In this document: piece by piece, positions 51,198-63,240 of the stretch
Layout: each line of letters starts with the position of its first letter
How positions within the stretch are numbered: position 1 is the stretch's first letter
Assembly: GCF_001194135.2 (NCBI RefSeq)
Contig: NC_068993.1
Location: forward strand, 50,060,273 to 50,124,272
Source of the DNA: Octopus bimaculoides
Taxonomy: Eukaryota
Direction: 5' to 3'
DNA length: 64,000 nt
Made by a program: the position numbers and the translations under genes
Notes under the pieces: generated by a model
What the model saw: only the letters and a program-made list of their open reading frames with translations
The model's database searches: none
Told to the model about the DNA's origin: nothing

Positions 51198-51530
51198 AGG
51201 GTTTCTCAGAGTAGTTTCTGACGAACATTAGGGTTTTGTGAAAAAAATTTGGGCTTCCCCTGTATATGATGCCTTTTAATACAGATTTATTTTATCAAAA
51301 AAAGAAAAAGAAATGGTATTTACCATTTTCAAAAGAATAAAATTCTGGGGTTTTTTTGTTTTTTTTTGGCATATGAATAACTTCTCTTTTTAAAACCTTT
51401 TTGCTTTTGTGAAATATTTTATTGAAATTATGGTGTTGTGGGTTCCACACAAAATATAGATAAAGGTTCCATGAATTTTAGAAAATCTCTTAAAAGTTCC
51501 ATTACTAAATAACCTCAGAATCCACTAATA
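51198..51530. mobile_element. Possible very decayed hAT-type MITE
   Basis: Starts cagggtttctcaga; repeated subterminal ggttcca motifs near 51440-51505; right TIR only weakly recognisable. Confidence 0.3.
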
Positions 51531-51756
51531 TAGTATATCACATGATAGTGAGATAAAATGGTGTGCAGAGCCACTTTTGTTATCTTGCTCTCTGAACCCT
51601 ATACACACATAGATATATATATATATATGTGTTCTCGCACTGTGTGTGTGTGTGTGTGTGCATGCATAAGATCCTCTCCCTATTTTAATTTGTACTTCAG
51701 GGGTATTTGAAGTTGCTTCATCTCTGTCCAGTATCTTGGGAATACTGTGTGTTTTA

Positions 51757-51845
51757 TAATAGATTAGGTTGTAAAGGTACCACTAATAGGTTGGGAAGTA
51801 AAGGTATCACTAATGGATTAGTTTATAAAGGTATCACTGAAGATT
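51757..51845. repeat. 27-bp minisatellite x3.2
   Basis: taatagattaggttgtaaaggtaccac / taataggttgggaagtaaaggtatcac / taatggattagtttataaaggtatcac. Confidence 0.9.
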
Positions 51846-52461
51846 TTCACTTCATTTTGGGTACCTCAGATTCTACCAAGCTAACTTGCTTCACTATCAC
51901 CCTATTCTAGCTAGGCTAAAGGGTGGAATTGAACTCAGTATTATTGGCAAACAAAACATCTATCGATTAACTGTGCCACTTCTGCATACTTCAGGCTATT
52001 ATTTGAGCCAACGAAGTGGCCTCTCTGTATACTCACCCAAATTGCTAGAATTCAGACAAATTCCTTTGAGTATTGTTTCTGATATACAAGAAGATGACAT
52101 AAACACTGCTGGAATACATTTGGTTATAGCTCTGATCCATCAGGACTAAATTGGGATTAGACAACTATCTAGTTATTAGTAAAACTGTACCTATTTACAT
52201 CTAAGTGGACTCTAGTTCTAGTTGGTTTGGTATCAAAGTCAAGTTCACAAAAATATGTTATTGCAAACCAAGCACACTCTTTATGACTTAGCAGACTCCA
52301 CTGTGAACCCAGATTCCTGAAAGGTTCTCTTGGTTATGATGGCATTAAGTGGAAGAGCTCTAAATCTTCCTCTGAGTAGCATACTGGTCATCTGGCACGA
52401 ACTGATGTAGTATCTGGTATGAATTGAAGTTGTGTAGGGTAAAAGTTATTTGACCGTGATA

Positions 52462-52720
52462 ATAAAAATAAATACACCCTTTTAAAGCCTAGCCAGGCTC
52501 ATGGGCCCGGTTTCCCAGTTTCAATGACGTATGTGTTCCCCTGATGGACGGGACGCCAGTCCATCGCAGCGTTACTCAATTTTGCCAGCTGAGTGGACTG
52601 GAGCAACGTGAAATGAAGTGTTTTGCTCAAGAACACAACGCGTCGCCCGGTCCAGGAATTGAAACCTCAATCTTACAATCATGGTGCTGACATCCTAACC
52701 AGTAAGCCATGCGCCTCCAC
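52462..52720 (-). mobile_element. SINE family C, young full-length copy with a perfect 14-bp TSD
   Basis: atttgaccgtgata at 52448-61 and 52721-34; minus head gtggaggcgcatggcttactggttagg (A-box-like) ... ggtttcaattcc (B-box-like); CpGs intact; simple A/T-rich tail. Confidence 0.93.
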
Positions 52721-52872
52721 ATTTGACCGTGATAGGCAATACTATAGCTTTGGTGGACTGAAACCAAGATTTCTGTGCACATAGTGTAACATTTACTCAC
52801 TCTCTTCTTGCTTCTTCGTACTCAAACACTCAGTAGTTGAGTAGTTACTGTTGATGGCCAAATTTTTTACTG

Positions 52873-53134
52873 CAGTGGTTCTCAACTGGGGTCTGTATGG
52901 CCCTTCGGGGTCTCATATAAGATTTTGTTGTTAGAATTTATGTGCAATAAATTGGTTATACTTCTACAATACACAAAATATTTAAAGTTTTTTTATATAC
53001 AATTCTTAATAATATTTAATTATGAAAATACAGTAAGATTATTTTTTGTTTACAGTGAATGACTATGGAGGTTCAATAGAATAAAATAGGAATCAAAGAG
53101 ATCCATTGGTAAAAAAAATGGTTGATAACCACTG
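52873..53134. mobile_element. hAT (Charlie-type) MITE, 262 bp
   Basis: TIRs cagtggttctcaac / gttgataaccactg (13/14); TSD decayed. Confidence 0.75.
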
Positions 53135-53149
53135 AATTAGAGTATTATT

Positions 53150-53325
53150 ATAATGAAAGACATTCAAACCATGACCAACCTGTCTTTAGTTCAGGTGTAC
53201 TGCATCCCAAACTTTAATATCCATTGTCCTTTTTTTAATGTCATGCAGTGTGGTTGGTTTGTGAGGAATTTGGCTGTGATTTTTCGCAGGTGTGCCACTA
53301 TATGGAGATTCTAGCATTGGCTCGA
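53150..53325 (-). mobile_element. Repeat family D
   Basis: aagacattcaaaccatgacc...gtgaggaatttggctgtgatttttcgcagg. Confidence 0.55.
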
Positions 53326-54837
53326 GGTTCAATAATTTATTTTATTGGTTACTACTAAAGCAAGGATTATGGATTCTAAAGATAGCTTTTTTTTTTCATT
53401 TCTTTGCGCTATAACTTGGTTTTAATTTAACTTAATCGAACTTGTTCCCAAATTGGCACCAAATGGGAAAAAGAAACATTAATCCACATGTATATACTAC
53501 TGTAACAATCTGTGAAAATTTTGCATAGTCGTATATGAATCTATCAAACCTGTGTTAACATGTAAAGATACATATGTACACACACAAAGCACACCATAAC
53601 GTTACAGACTCAACACGGAAGCTATAAAAATAAAAACAAGTATATATATATATATATATGTTAATTCTCTAAATGAAGTATTAACAGTNNNNNNNNNNNN
53701 NNNNNNNNNNNNNNNNNNNNNNNNNNNNNNNNNNNNNNNNNNNNNNNNNNNNNNNNNNNNNNNNNNNNNNNNNNNNNNNNNNNNNNNNNNNNNNNNNNNN
53801 NNNNNNNNNNNNNNNNNNNNNNNNNNNNNNNNNNNNNNNNNNNNNNNNNNNNNNNNNNNNNNNNNNNNNNNNNNNNNNNNNNNNNNNNNNNNNNNNNNNN
53901 NNNNNNNNNNNNNNNNNNNNNNNNNNNNNNNNNNNNNNNNNNNNNNNNNNNNNNNNNNNNNNNNNNNNNNNNNNNNNNNNNNNNNNNNNNNNNNNNNNNN
54001 NNNNNNNNNNNNNNNNNNNNNNNNNNNNNNNNNNNNNNNNNNNNNNNNNNNNNNNNNNNNNNNNNNNNNNNNNNNNNNNNNNNNNNNNNNNNNNNNNNNN
54101 NNNNNNNNNNNNNNNNNNNNNNNNNNNNNNNNNNNNNNNNNNNNNNNNNNNNNNNNNNNNNNNNNNNNNNNNNNNNNNNNNNNNNNNNNNNNNNNNNNNN
54201 NNNNNNNNNNNNNNNNNNNNNNNNNNNNNNNNNNNNNNNNNNNNNNNNNNNNNNNNNNNNNNNNNNNNNNNNNNNNNNNNNNNNNNNNNNNNNNNNNNNN
54301 NNNNNNNNNNNNNNNNNNNNNNNNNNNNNNNNNNNNNNNNNNNNNNNNNNNNNNNNNNNNNNNNNNNNNNNNNNNNNNNNNNNNNNNNNNNNNNNNNNNN
54401 TATATATATATATATATTTTAATCCCTATTTTCTCTAAATGTGTCATCAGCATAATCATCACAGCTGTCATCAGTGTCATCTTTCTCCACTTCATCACCA
54501 CATGAGTATTTAGATTTGTTTTCATTTTATTTATTCAATTATATATATGTATTTTTTTTTTTTTGTTTTTTTGTTTTTCTGTAAATAAACTTTGACAAAT
54601 TTTCTACCACTGTATGAAATCATCAGAACATAATCCCTCTTTTACTCAAGCTGTGAGATTCTTTTTTTTTTTTTTGAAGCTCAGGCAAAATACTAATGCT
54701 ATAGCTCCCACCTTCACCTCTCCAAGACGACCACCACCACATCATCGACGACAACAACATGCTAAGAATTTAAAAAATAATAAAATGTAAAGAATCGACA
54801 AAATAAACCGACAAATCCAACGAAGCCTGATGCAACC

Positions 54838-54894
<57 letters not shown>

Positions 54895-55758
54895 GCGCAC
54901 ACACACACACTTGCACACACATATTTGGGGTTATTGTATGTGACCCTCTCCTATAGGAAAAACAACACCTAAGAACACAGTTTTTTCAGTTTTTATCTGA
55001 TCAGATGAATTTGGTGGTGTTAGCTGGAGGTCTGTCCTCAATCTTTCACACACTCATACACACAAAGACCAACATTTATTATAAGCTCAACTATTTTATT
55101 ATTATTATTATTATTTTTATTATTGTTGTTGTTGTTGTTTTTATTTTTGTCATTCAAATCAAAACAGAAAAGCACTTTAACTATTTATGGTTGGTTAATC
55201 TTTCTGCTTTAAATATTTTAAAATACTAATCTTCTCTAAAAGAATCTTCAATTTTTGACAGATATTGTTCTTGTAGCTTATTGTTCTTTTTTTATTTTTT
55301 TAAGTAGTTTTAGAATTTTTTTTTTCTCCTTCACCTTTGACATCTTTTTGGTTCTGGTTTTCTATATATTATTATTATTATTATTATTATTTATGCTTCC
55401 CCCTCATCCTCCCTCTTTAGTACCTTGACTTTTTCTCCTCGTTTTAAAATTTTATCTTTGGTAGCTTATATGCTAAAAAATGTATTTTTATGTAGCAAAG
55501 ATGTTAAGTTTGCTTATTCAATTTGTTTTTCTTCTTATAGAAAAGATTTTTTTTTACCTCCTCTGCTACTCATTAAATCTTTCTCTTTTATGTACTAATT
55601 TTTGCATGACGTGTATTTATACATTTTTGCACACACATACATTACATGGACCCATCTACATGGTCACTGAATCCGCTAGAAATAACAGCCAAAAACCTTC
55701 TTCATATATCTTATCCTTTGAAAAACAGAAAGGATGCATTTGCTAATGTAGTGTTATA

Positions 55759-55976
55759 TACTCTTACTCTCTTTTACTCTTTTACTTGTTTCAGTCATTT
55801 GACTGCGGCCATGCTGGAGCACCGCCTTTAGTTGAGCAAATCGAGCCCGGGACTTATTCTTTGTAAGCCTAGTACTTATTCTATCGGTCTCTTTTGCCGA
55901 ACCGCTAAGTGACGGAGACATAAACACACCAGCATTGTTTGTCAAGCAATGGTAGGGGATAAACACAGACACACAA

Positions 55977-56041
<65 letters not shown>

Positions 56042-56134
56042 TACGACGGGCTTCTTTCAGTTTCCGTCTACCAAATCCACTCACAAGGCTTTGGTCGGCC
56101 CGAGGTTATAGTAGAAGACATTTGCCCAAGATGC
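55759..56134 (-). mobile_element. SINE family A, young copy (5' end lost in a gap)
   Basis: Near-exact reverse complement of 37978-38496; tail (TACTCTT)n-like. Confidence 0.92.
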
Positions 56135-56849
56135 NNNNNNNNNNNNNNNNNNNNNNNNNNNNNNNNNNNNNNNNNNNNNNNNNNNNNNNNNNNNNNNNNN
56201 NNNNNNNNNNNNNNNNNNNNNNNNNNNNNNNNNNNNNNNNNNNNNNNNNNNNNNNNNNNNNNNNNNNNNNNNNNNNNNNNNNNNNNNNNNNNNNNNNNNN
56301 NNNNNNNNNNNNNNNNNNNNNNNNNNNNNNNNNNNNNNNNNNNNNNNNNNNNNNNNNNNNNNNNNNNNNNNNNNNNNNNNNNNNNNNNNNNNNNNNNNNN
56401 NNNNNNNNNNNNNNNNNNNNNNNNNNNNNNNNNNNNNNNNNNNNNNNNNNNNNNNNNNNNNNNNNNNNNNNNNNNNNNNNNNNNNNNNNNNNNNNNNNNN
56501 NNNNNNNNNNNNNNNNNNNNNNNNNNNNNNNNNNNNNNNNNNNNNNNNNNNNNNNNNNNNNNNNNNNNNNNNNNNNNNNNNNNNNNNNNNNNNNNNNNNN
56601 NNNNNNNNNNNNNNNNNNNNNNNNNNNNNNNNNNNNNNNNNNNNNNNNNNNNNNNNNNNNNNNNNNNNNNNNNNNNNNNNNNNNNNNNNNNNNNNNNNNN
56701 NNNNNNNNNNNNNNNTCTTATATATATATATAATACAAATAATAAATGAGTATATGCATATATACGTACATGTATGTACATACTTACATCTACCTGTATA
56801 TATATAGATGCATATCTGGGTACAGGACATTGCAAACAAAGCGTAGCCA

Positions 56850-57006
56850 AAGGCTTCTTTCAGTTTCCATCTACCAAATCCTCTCACAAAGCTTTGGTCA
56901 GCCCAAGGCTAGAGTAAAAGACTCTTGCCCAAGGTGCCTTGCTGTCGGACTGAAGCTGGAACAATGTGGTTGAGAAGCAAGCTTCTTACTGTACAGCCAT
57001 GTCTAC
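56850..57006 (-). mobile_element. SINE family A, 5' half
   Basis: ggcttctttcagtttccatctaccaaatc...tgtggttgagaagcaagcttcttactgtacagccatg. Confidence 0.78.
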
Positions 57007-57159
57007 ACCTATAGTCATTAATCGTAGCAGGATTGTGGCTGTAGATAGCTGATATTGTATGGTCTTCATTACATAATTTTTGAGCATGTACAGGATACAA
57101 AATACTTGATGGTAATGGTTGTAGCGGCTGCTGTTTTAAAGCAGAGTCAACATTTACCA

Positions 57160-57335
57160 AATGGCTGTGATCATCCTGTCTTTGTTTGTTTGAAGACATG
57201 ATGTATCTAGAATTGCATTATCCAATGTACTTTTATTTTTAAGTATTAGAGTGAGATTTGAATTGAGATTTTGCTTCTATTTCGTGCATGCCTACATCTA
57301 AAAGCACTAGCTAAGCAACCTTAGAGAGGCTCATT
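57160..57335 (-). mobile_element. Repeat family D
   Basis: atggctgtgatcatcctgtc...atgtatctagaattgcattatccaatgt...gagatttt gcttctattt. Confidence 0.55.
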
Positions 57336-57448
57336 CAGTCACTTAACAGTTTTCAGTGTAAATATTGCTATACTAAGATTTGAGTCTTGAACCATGCCTT
57401 CACTTCCCCATTCTAAAGAGTGTAGAGAATTTGTTGATGCCACATTGA

Positions 57449-57656
57449 TCAATGCTTTTGTTGCCATATTTCTGCTGAAATACGCTACTTTCATTTCAAT
57501 TAATTTTGAAAATGATGCAGAATTTACTGAAATAACTTTGGAACGTGAATTAACATGAAATTTTGATGATGAGTTTTTAGACGACTTTAAAACTAGAAGC
57601 ATATATCGCAGAACCAAGTAGCAGCAGCCCAGGCAGGTTGATATTAAAAGGGTTAA
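57449..57656. mobile_element. piggyBac-type MITE, decayed relative of 61397-61617
   Basis: Right end attaaaagggttaa; left tcaatgcttttgttgcc; internal tttcaattaatttt...gaattta(c/g)t(g/a)aaataactt shared with the 61.4-kb copy. Confidence 0.6.
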
Positions 57657-58762
57657 ATTAGCATCGAGTAACCACATATAAGCTTTGTTGCTGGTTTTAG
57701 GAGTGAGGAGACGGAGCAAACAGTAGAGAGGTTGGTTAGGTTCAGTTTTTCTGTTCACCATTCTGTGGTTAACAAATGAAATATTAATAGTGTTTTCTTT
57801 CGAACAATAAATTATTCAATTGTGATCAAGTTCATGAATTACCGTTTTCTTCTTCTTCTTCTTCTTCTTCCTCATTTTTCTCCGGATTTAACAAAAGAAC
57901 ATTGTCGTTAGAGGAACATTCATCATTTCTGAAGCAAGTAGTGTGTTATTGTAGTTGAGTTTATAAAATACGAGATATGGATAACACCAAAGCTATTTCT
58001 GTCCATAGCAACTAAGATTTCATTTTAATCATTGTCCTGTTGATAATTCGAACTTTAACAGAACTGCATTTAAATCATGCTCTTTCCCCCTCTATCTTCA
58101 CTAACTGCTTGCTATTTGTTACATTGCAGTTAATATGTACCGCTCATCTAAGAGGTTACTTTCTAGTTCACATGTATTCGCTCTGAATATGTATTGGTAT
58201 TCTTTAATTAAAACCAATACCTGTTGCTATAAGCCAAATTGTACTGGATATTATTATAAACTTTAGTGGTTTCACAAAGCCAATACTGTATTGTATGTAA
58301 CACGCTTATTTTGTACAATGAAACATATTGCTTGCTGTCTTCCAACAGCACTGTTTACCAATATGTAACACCAAGTAAACCACTTGAGAGCATAAATGTG
58401 TCTGTTTATATTTCAACCCAGCTTCCAACTTTCATGTCTTCTTCACCTCTTAGACACACTAAACTTTGCATAAGCTATCTCTTCAAATATATCTTTTTTT
58501 ATTTCAGAAAGCCTTGTCCTTCTTCCATCTTCTTTCCACCTTCTCCCTTTCAAAATCACCAGAGGTAATTCCTATAGAGCTAGCTCCTTTTACCAAAGAG
58601 TAAATACAGTGTGCTGTGGTGCTTGTAAGTAAATTTAGTTAGCTTGACTTTTATTAAATTTCAATAGATTTTTGAAACAAAGGTTTCCTCCATTTAGAAA
58701 TAATGTTCAGGTTTTGCTAAGCAGAAGTCTAATAGTGTCAATATCTCTTTGAGATGTGTGTG

Positions 58763-58793
<31 letters not shown>

Positions 58794-58843
58794 TGAGTGT
58801 GCATGTGTATATCTATCTATCGCTCTATATATGCATGTATGTA

Positions 58844-58878
<35 letters not shown>

Positions 58879-58893
58879 TTATATATATAAAAC

Positions 58894-58930
<37 letters not shown>

Positions 58931-61002
58931 TATATACATTTACACATATACATACTTATACNNNNNNNNNNNNNNNNNNNNNNNNNNNNNNNNNNNNNNN
59001 NNNNNNNNNNNNNNNNNNNNNNNNNNNNNNNNNNNNNNNNNNNNNNNNNNNNNNNNNNNNNNNNNNNNNNNNNNNNNNNNNNNNNNNNNNNNNNNNNNNN
59101 NNNNNNNNNNNNNNNNNNNNNNNNNNNNNNNNNNNNNNNNNNNNNNNNNNNNNNNNNNNNNNNNNNNNNNNNNNNNNNNNNNNNNNNNNNNNNNNNNNNN
59201 NNNNNNNNNNNNNNNNNNNNTATATATATATATATATGCTTCTATGTGCGTACATGCATTTATTTTGAAAATGTATGCATAAAAAACATGTATGCCTATA
59301 TGTGTGTAGTGTATGTATAGATGACGGTGTATCTGTATGTGTACATGCTTTTTATGTATTGAATTTCTCCGTGTATATTTTGTGTGTACAACGAAGTAGT
59401 AGTAATTCCTTACTTAATAATTTTTCGAACCAGCAACATTACCACAACACATGTAAACAGTTTTGTTCTAATCTTGGGATAGCCATAAGCCAGATGTAGT
59501 TGTTAGTATATAATAAGCCCCCACTAGGTATTATTTTGGCCTTAAATCAGGTACTTCGAAATGCTCAAATGTCTGTTGACACTCCTGATTATTCCTTCTA
59601 GAAAAACAATCTTGTCTTTGCAATCACTGAATTAGGTTTCTGGGAAAACGCTGATGACAAATATAGAAGGAGCAATTGTGTTTTAGCAATGCTGACAGAG
59701 GTTGGGTGATAACAGAAAGGCATTGTGGTGCCTTAAGATTTGGATTTATTTGTTACCTAAACAAGAAAAAAAATGAATGGACATTTATTGATAAAATTTA
59801 CAAGAGAAGATTTACCGTAATTTTGGTTGGAATTTCTAATAGAACTAATTGCCATGCAAGTTATGTATTTTTTAGTTGGAAACTGGGGGCAGGCAGTGGT
59901 AATAATGAATATTCTGAAGAATCTTTTGTTCAGCTCAGGTTCTTTTCCTCCCTCCCTCTCTCTCTCTCTCTCCCCTTCTCTCCCTCTCCTCTATTGCATT
60001 CTCTCTATCTACCTGTGGTCTTCCAGTTTCTTTCCATGTTTGTTCTCTTTGTCCCTCTCTCTTTCTCTGTCCCTCTCTCTCTCTCTCTCTCTCTCTGTCC
60101 CTCTCTCTGTCCCTCTCCCTCTCCCTCTTTCCTTATTCGTGAAATTGTTCATATCCATTCTTGGATGTTTGTTTTTTTTTACTTCTTTTTTTGATTATAC
60201 TTTTTAACCAGATACTTCAGTACTCTTCTTCTCTCTCTTCTCTCTCTTCTTCTTCTTCTTCTTCTTCTTCTTCTTCTTCTCTCTCTCTCTCTCNNNNNNN
60301 NNNNNNNNNNNNNNNNNNNNNNNNNNNNNNNNNNNNNNNNNNNNNNNNNNNNNNNNNNNNNNNNNNNNNNNNNNNNNNNNNNNNNNNNNNNNNNNNNNNN
60401 NNNNNNNNNNNNNNNNNNNNNNNNNNNNNNNNNNNNNNNNNNNNNNNNNNNNNNNNNNNNNNNNNNNNNNNNNNNNNNNNNNNNNNNNNNAATGACACTA
60501 GTTTCATAAAGTCAGATAAGCTCATCAACATATATAAAGAGATAAGCAAGTATAAAAGCAATGGATGTTCCTTGTTCCTCTGCAAAAGATTCAGTTTTTT
60601 TTTTTTTTTGCCCCTGAAACACAAAAACTAGCATTTACATATATTTAGTCTCATAGTGCGCCAATGAGTGCACACATACACACACCACGTACTTCCTCTC
60701 CCCTCACTTCATGCCCACTTCTTTTTTTTTTTTTCAACCTAGCAAGAAATATCCAATACTTAATAAAGTTGCATATTTTGAAGTTTAGTGAAGCACAATA
60801 ATTATCTTTGACATGTTGCAAATTATATCTTATAATCCTTATACAAGAAAGATTGAAGCCAGTATAAAACATACAATTTCTCAGAAAGAAAGACTTACTT
60901 CCCATGACCGAGTAGTTACCTTGCTAACTTCACTCTGTCTGTTTACTGTCTCTGTTGAGGTTAACAACCCTGTACTGGCTTCGGTAGGTCTTACACTCTA
61001 AA

Positions 61003-61082
61003 TCAGCTGCATTCGGTGGATCTCATCATCCATCAGCCAGCTTTGGTGGATCACATGATCCATCTGCTGATTTCAGCAGATT
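61003..61082. repeat. Degenerate 30-bp repeat x2.7
   Basis: tcagctgcattcggtggatctcatcatcca / tcagccagctttggtggatcacatgatcca / tctgctgatttcagcagatt. Confidence 0.7.
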
Positions 61083-61396
61083 GATAGGCTGTCAATTTAT
61101 TTACCTCATTATGAGTGATGTTCTGGTTTTATCTGCTTTCTTTTCCGTTTTTGAAGATAACCAATCATCTGCTGGCTTCTCCATAAAGTAATCACTTCAA
61201 TTGGTATGCTACCTAGGATCTATGTTAACATGAATTAGAAACTTCTGTGGCTACCTCTTCTCACAGCACTCCAGTATACACGTCCTCAGTTTAATAATTT
61301 ATTTCTTGTTATCCCGACATAAAATTCCTACTTGACACTGAAGGATACCAATAATCTCCTTACCCCTATTGAACACCATCCTTTTGCTTGCTTTAA

Positions 61397-61617
61397 CCCT
61401 TTTGTTACTGTATTTATTTTGAGATGCTTTGTGTTTCTTTCAATTAATTTTAAATATAACAATGAATTTAGTAAAATAACTTAGTTATCATTAAGCTAGT
61501 GTTAGAACATAAATTGTGACTACGGTTTGGTGGAAGATTTTAATTCAAAACTTATGAAAACAAGACATTTGTACTATAGAGCCAAAGGCGGTTTCAGCCG
61601 GGTTAGTAATGAAAGGG
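61397..61617. mobile_element. piggyBac-type MITE, 221 bp
   Basis: TTAA at 61393-96 and 61618-21; CCC...GGG termini; TIR cccttttgttact vs ccctttcattact (11/13). Confidence 0.85.
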
Positions 61618-61794
61618 TTAATAGAATTGAAGCTGAAAACCTATGAGTTCAAATCAATTGCATTGATGTACCAACCATCAGTTTGTCACCAAGCATGATA
61701 TATTTTTGTCCACTTTTTTCATGTTTGAAAAGTATGATGAAGTAGCTTCTGTTGACTTTTAATAGAAATACAAGAGCAAATAATCATATTTTAT

Positions 61795-61925
61795 TTAGAT
61801 CAGTACTTGGCAAGTCCTTTTCTGTAAACCCCAGGAAGATGGAAGGCATAGTTAACTTTTCTTGGGTTCAAATTTGAAACCAGAGTTTAAAGAGATGTGT
61901 CTAAATAACTGCCTTACAGTTATTT
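61795..61925 (-). mobile_element. SINE family E fragment
   Basis: cagtacttggcaagtcc...ccccaggaagatggaaggcatagttaactt. Confidence 0.5.
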
Positions 61926-62029
61926 TGCCAATTCTGTCCGTTCATCCATTGCCTTTGCTATTTATTAACATTAAAAGCCAGATACAACAGCTGAGTATTT
62001 ACTAGTTTAGCTGCAAACCATAATACTTA

Positions 62030-62235
62030 ATTTTATGATTAATTGAAATAACTTGATATGGAGAAGCATCAATCTATATGGTTGATAAATCTTTTTAGAA
62101 ATACCAACCAAGTCTCTCTCAAATTCCAGCCTGCCTACAATCTTAGAAAAGAAAAAAACAACACATAAATGAAGCTGGTCATTGTTGAAATGTCATTTGA
62201 TCATAGGTCAATTCTCTCTTAATGCTGACCTGTAT
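62030..62235 (+). mobile_element. Repeat family D
   Basis: ttttagaaataccaaccaagtctctctcaaatt...ttgatcataggtc...gctgacctg. Confidence 0.55.
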
Positions 62236-63144
62236 CTTATCCTCATCATCTTCATCAAGTGATGCAAAAACACAAAAAAATGTATATAAAAAAAACTTAA
62301 AAGCTTTACAAATATTACAAAAATAGATGAAATTGCTGAAGTAGATTTTTTTTTTATTTAAACGATAATTTTTACATTTTTATTTTTTTAAAATTCTTTT
62401 ATTCAGTTGATAGTTTTTTTGTTTTTTTTTGAGGGGTTTTTTAAAATTTTTTATTTTCAGATATCAAGCAACAATGGAAATGCTGCTCTTGTGCATTTTG
62501 TTGTTGTTTTTATACTGCTAAATTCAAAAACAACTCTAAATAGACAGATTATAAGAGGTAAAGAGAGAGAGAGAGAAAAAGAAAGAAAGAAAGAGAGAGA
62601 GAGAGAGCAAGCAAAGATGAGATGTGTTGACATCTACTTTCAACTTTTGTGTCAAACCATTGAAAGATAAATGTGTGTATTCATCTTGTCTTGGTTGTAA
62701 TATTTAGGTGTTTGCAAATCTGAGGCAGCTGAAAACTGTTGATTGCTTGCTTCTAAGAACATCAGTTTGTTAATGATTTAATTAATTCTAAGTGAGATAT
62801 TTCCCATATTAGGTTGAGACATGATGGTGATGGTGCTGCTGGTGCTGGTGGTAGCGGCGATGTTGTTGACATGATGGAGGAAGTAGTCACATTTGTAGGA
62901 AGAGATGATAAAACCTTTGTAATGCTATGAATGTAATTTTCCAAGGAATGTCGAGCAAGTGGATCAGATGCAACACTTTCCATGGGTTACATAGAAAAGT
63001 GAAAATGGAAAGTACTTGCGGGGTTTGATTTAGTCAACACCCCCAAAATGTGTAGTCTTGAGCTTGGAAATTCTCATACACCCCCAAATATTTTTGTTCA
63101 TCTAATGTGTTGTATTTTTGTAGCTTTTATGGCTAAAAAAATTA

Positions 63145-63240
63145 TTACAAAATGAAGTACCAGTCAAGTACTGGGAACAATGGTGTCAGCTAACCCCTGC
63201 CTCAAAATTTTGGGCCCTGTATCTAAATTAGAAACATGAT
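63145..63240 (+). mobile_element. SINE family E, 3' fragment
   Basis: aatgaagtaccagtcaagtactggg...aaaattttgggccctgtatctaaattagaaac. Confidence 0.6.

Noticed and set aside
51886-52440. Moderately GC-rich stretch with an 87-aa ORF
   Set aside because: The frames examined give only short, stop-interrupted peptides with no recognisable motifs, and the start appears to overlap a SINE-like fragment.
57339-57761. 140-aa minus-strand ORF with a hydrophobic stretch and an upstream acceptor-like CAG
   Set aside because: Its central half (57449-57656) is a decayed piggyBac-type MITE related to 61397-61617; no recognisable protein family.
59751-59780. Minus-strand pyrimidine tract plus TAG|GTAACA
   Set aside because: Donor lacks +5 G, all three frames stop at once, and there is no supporting second donor.
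17953-60631. Long ORFs (120-348 aa) containing X runs
   Set aside because: They are open only because N-gaps contain no stops; their flanks are TA/CA/CT microsatellites.
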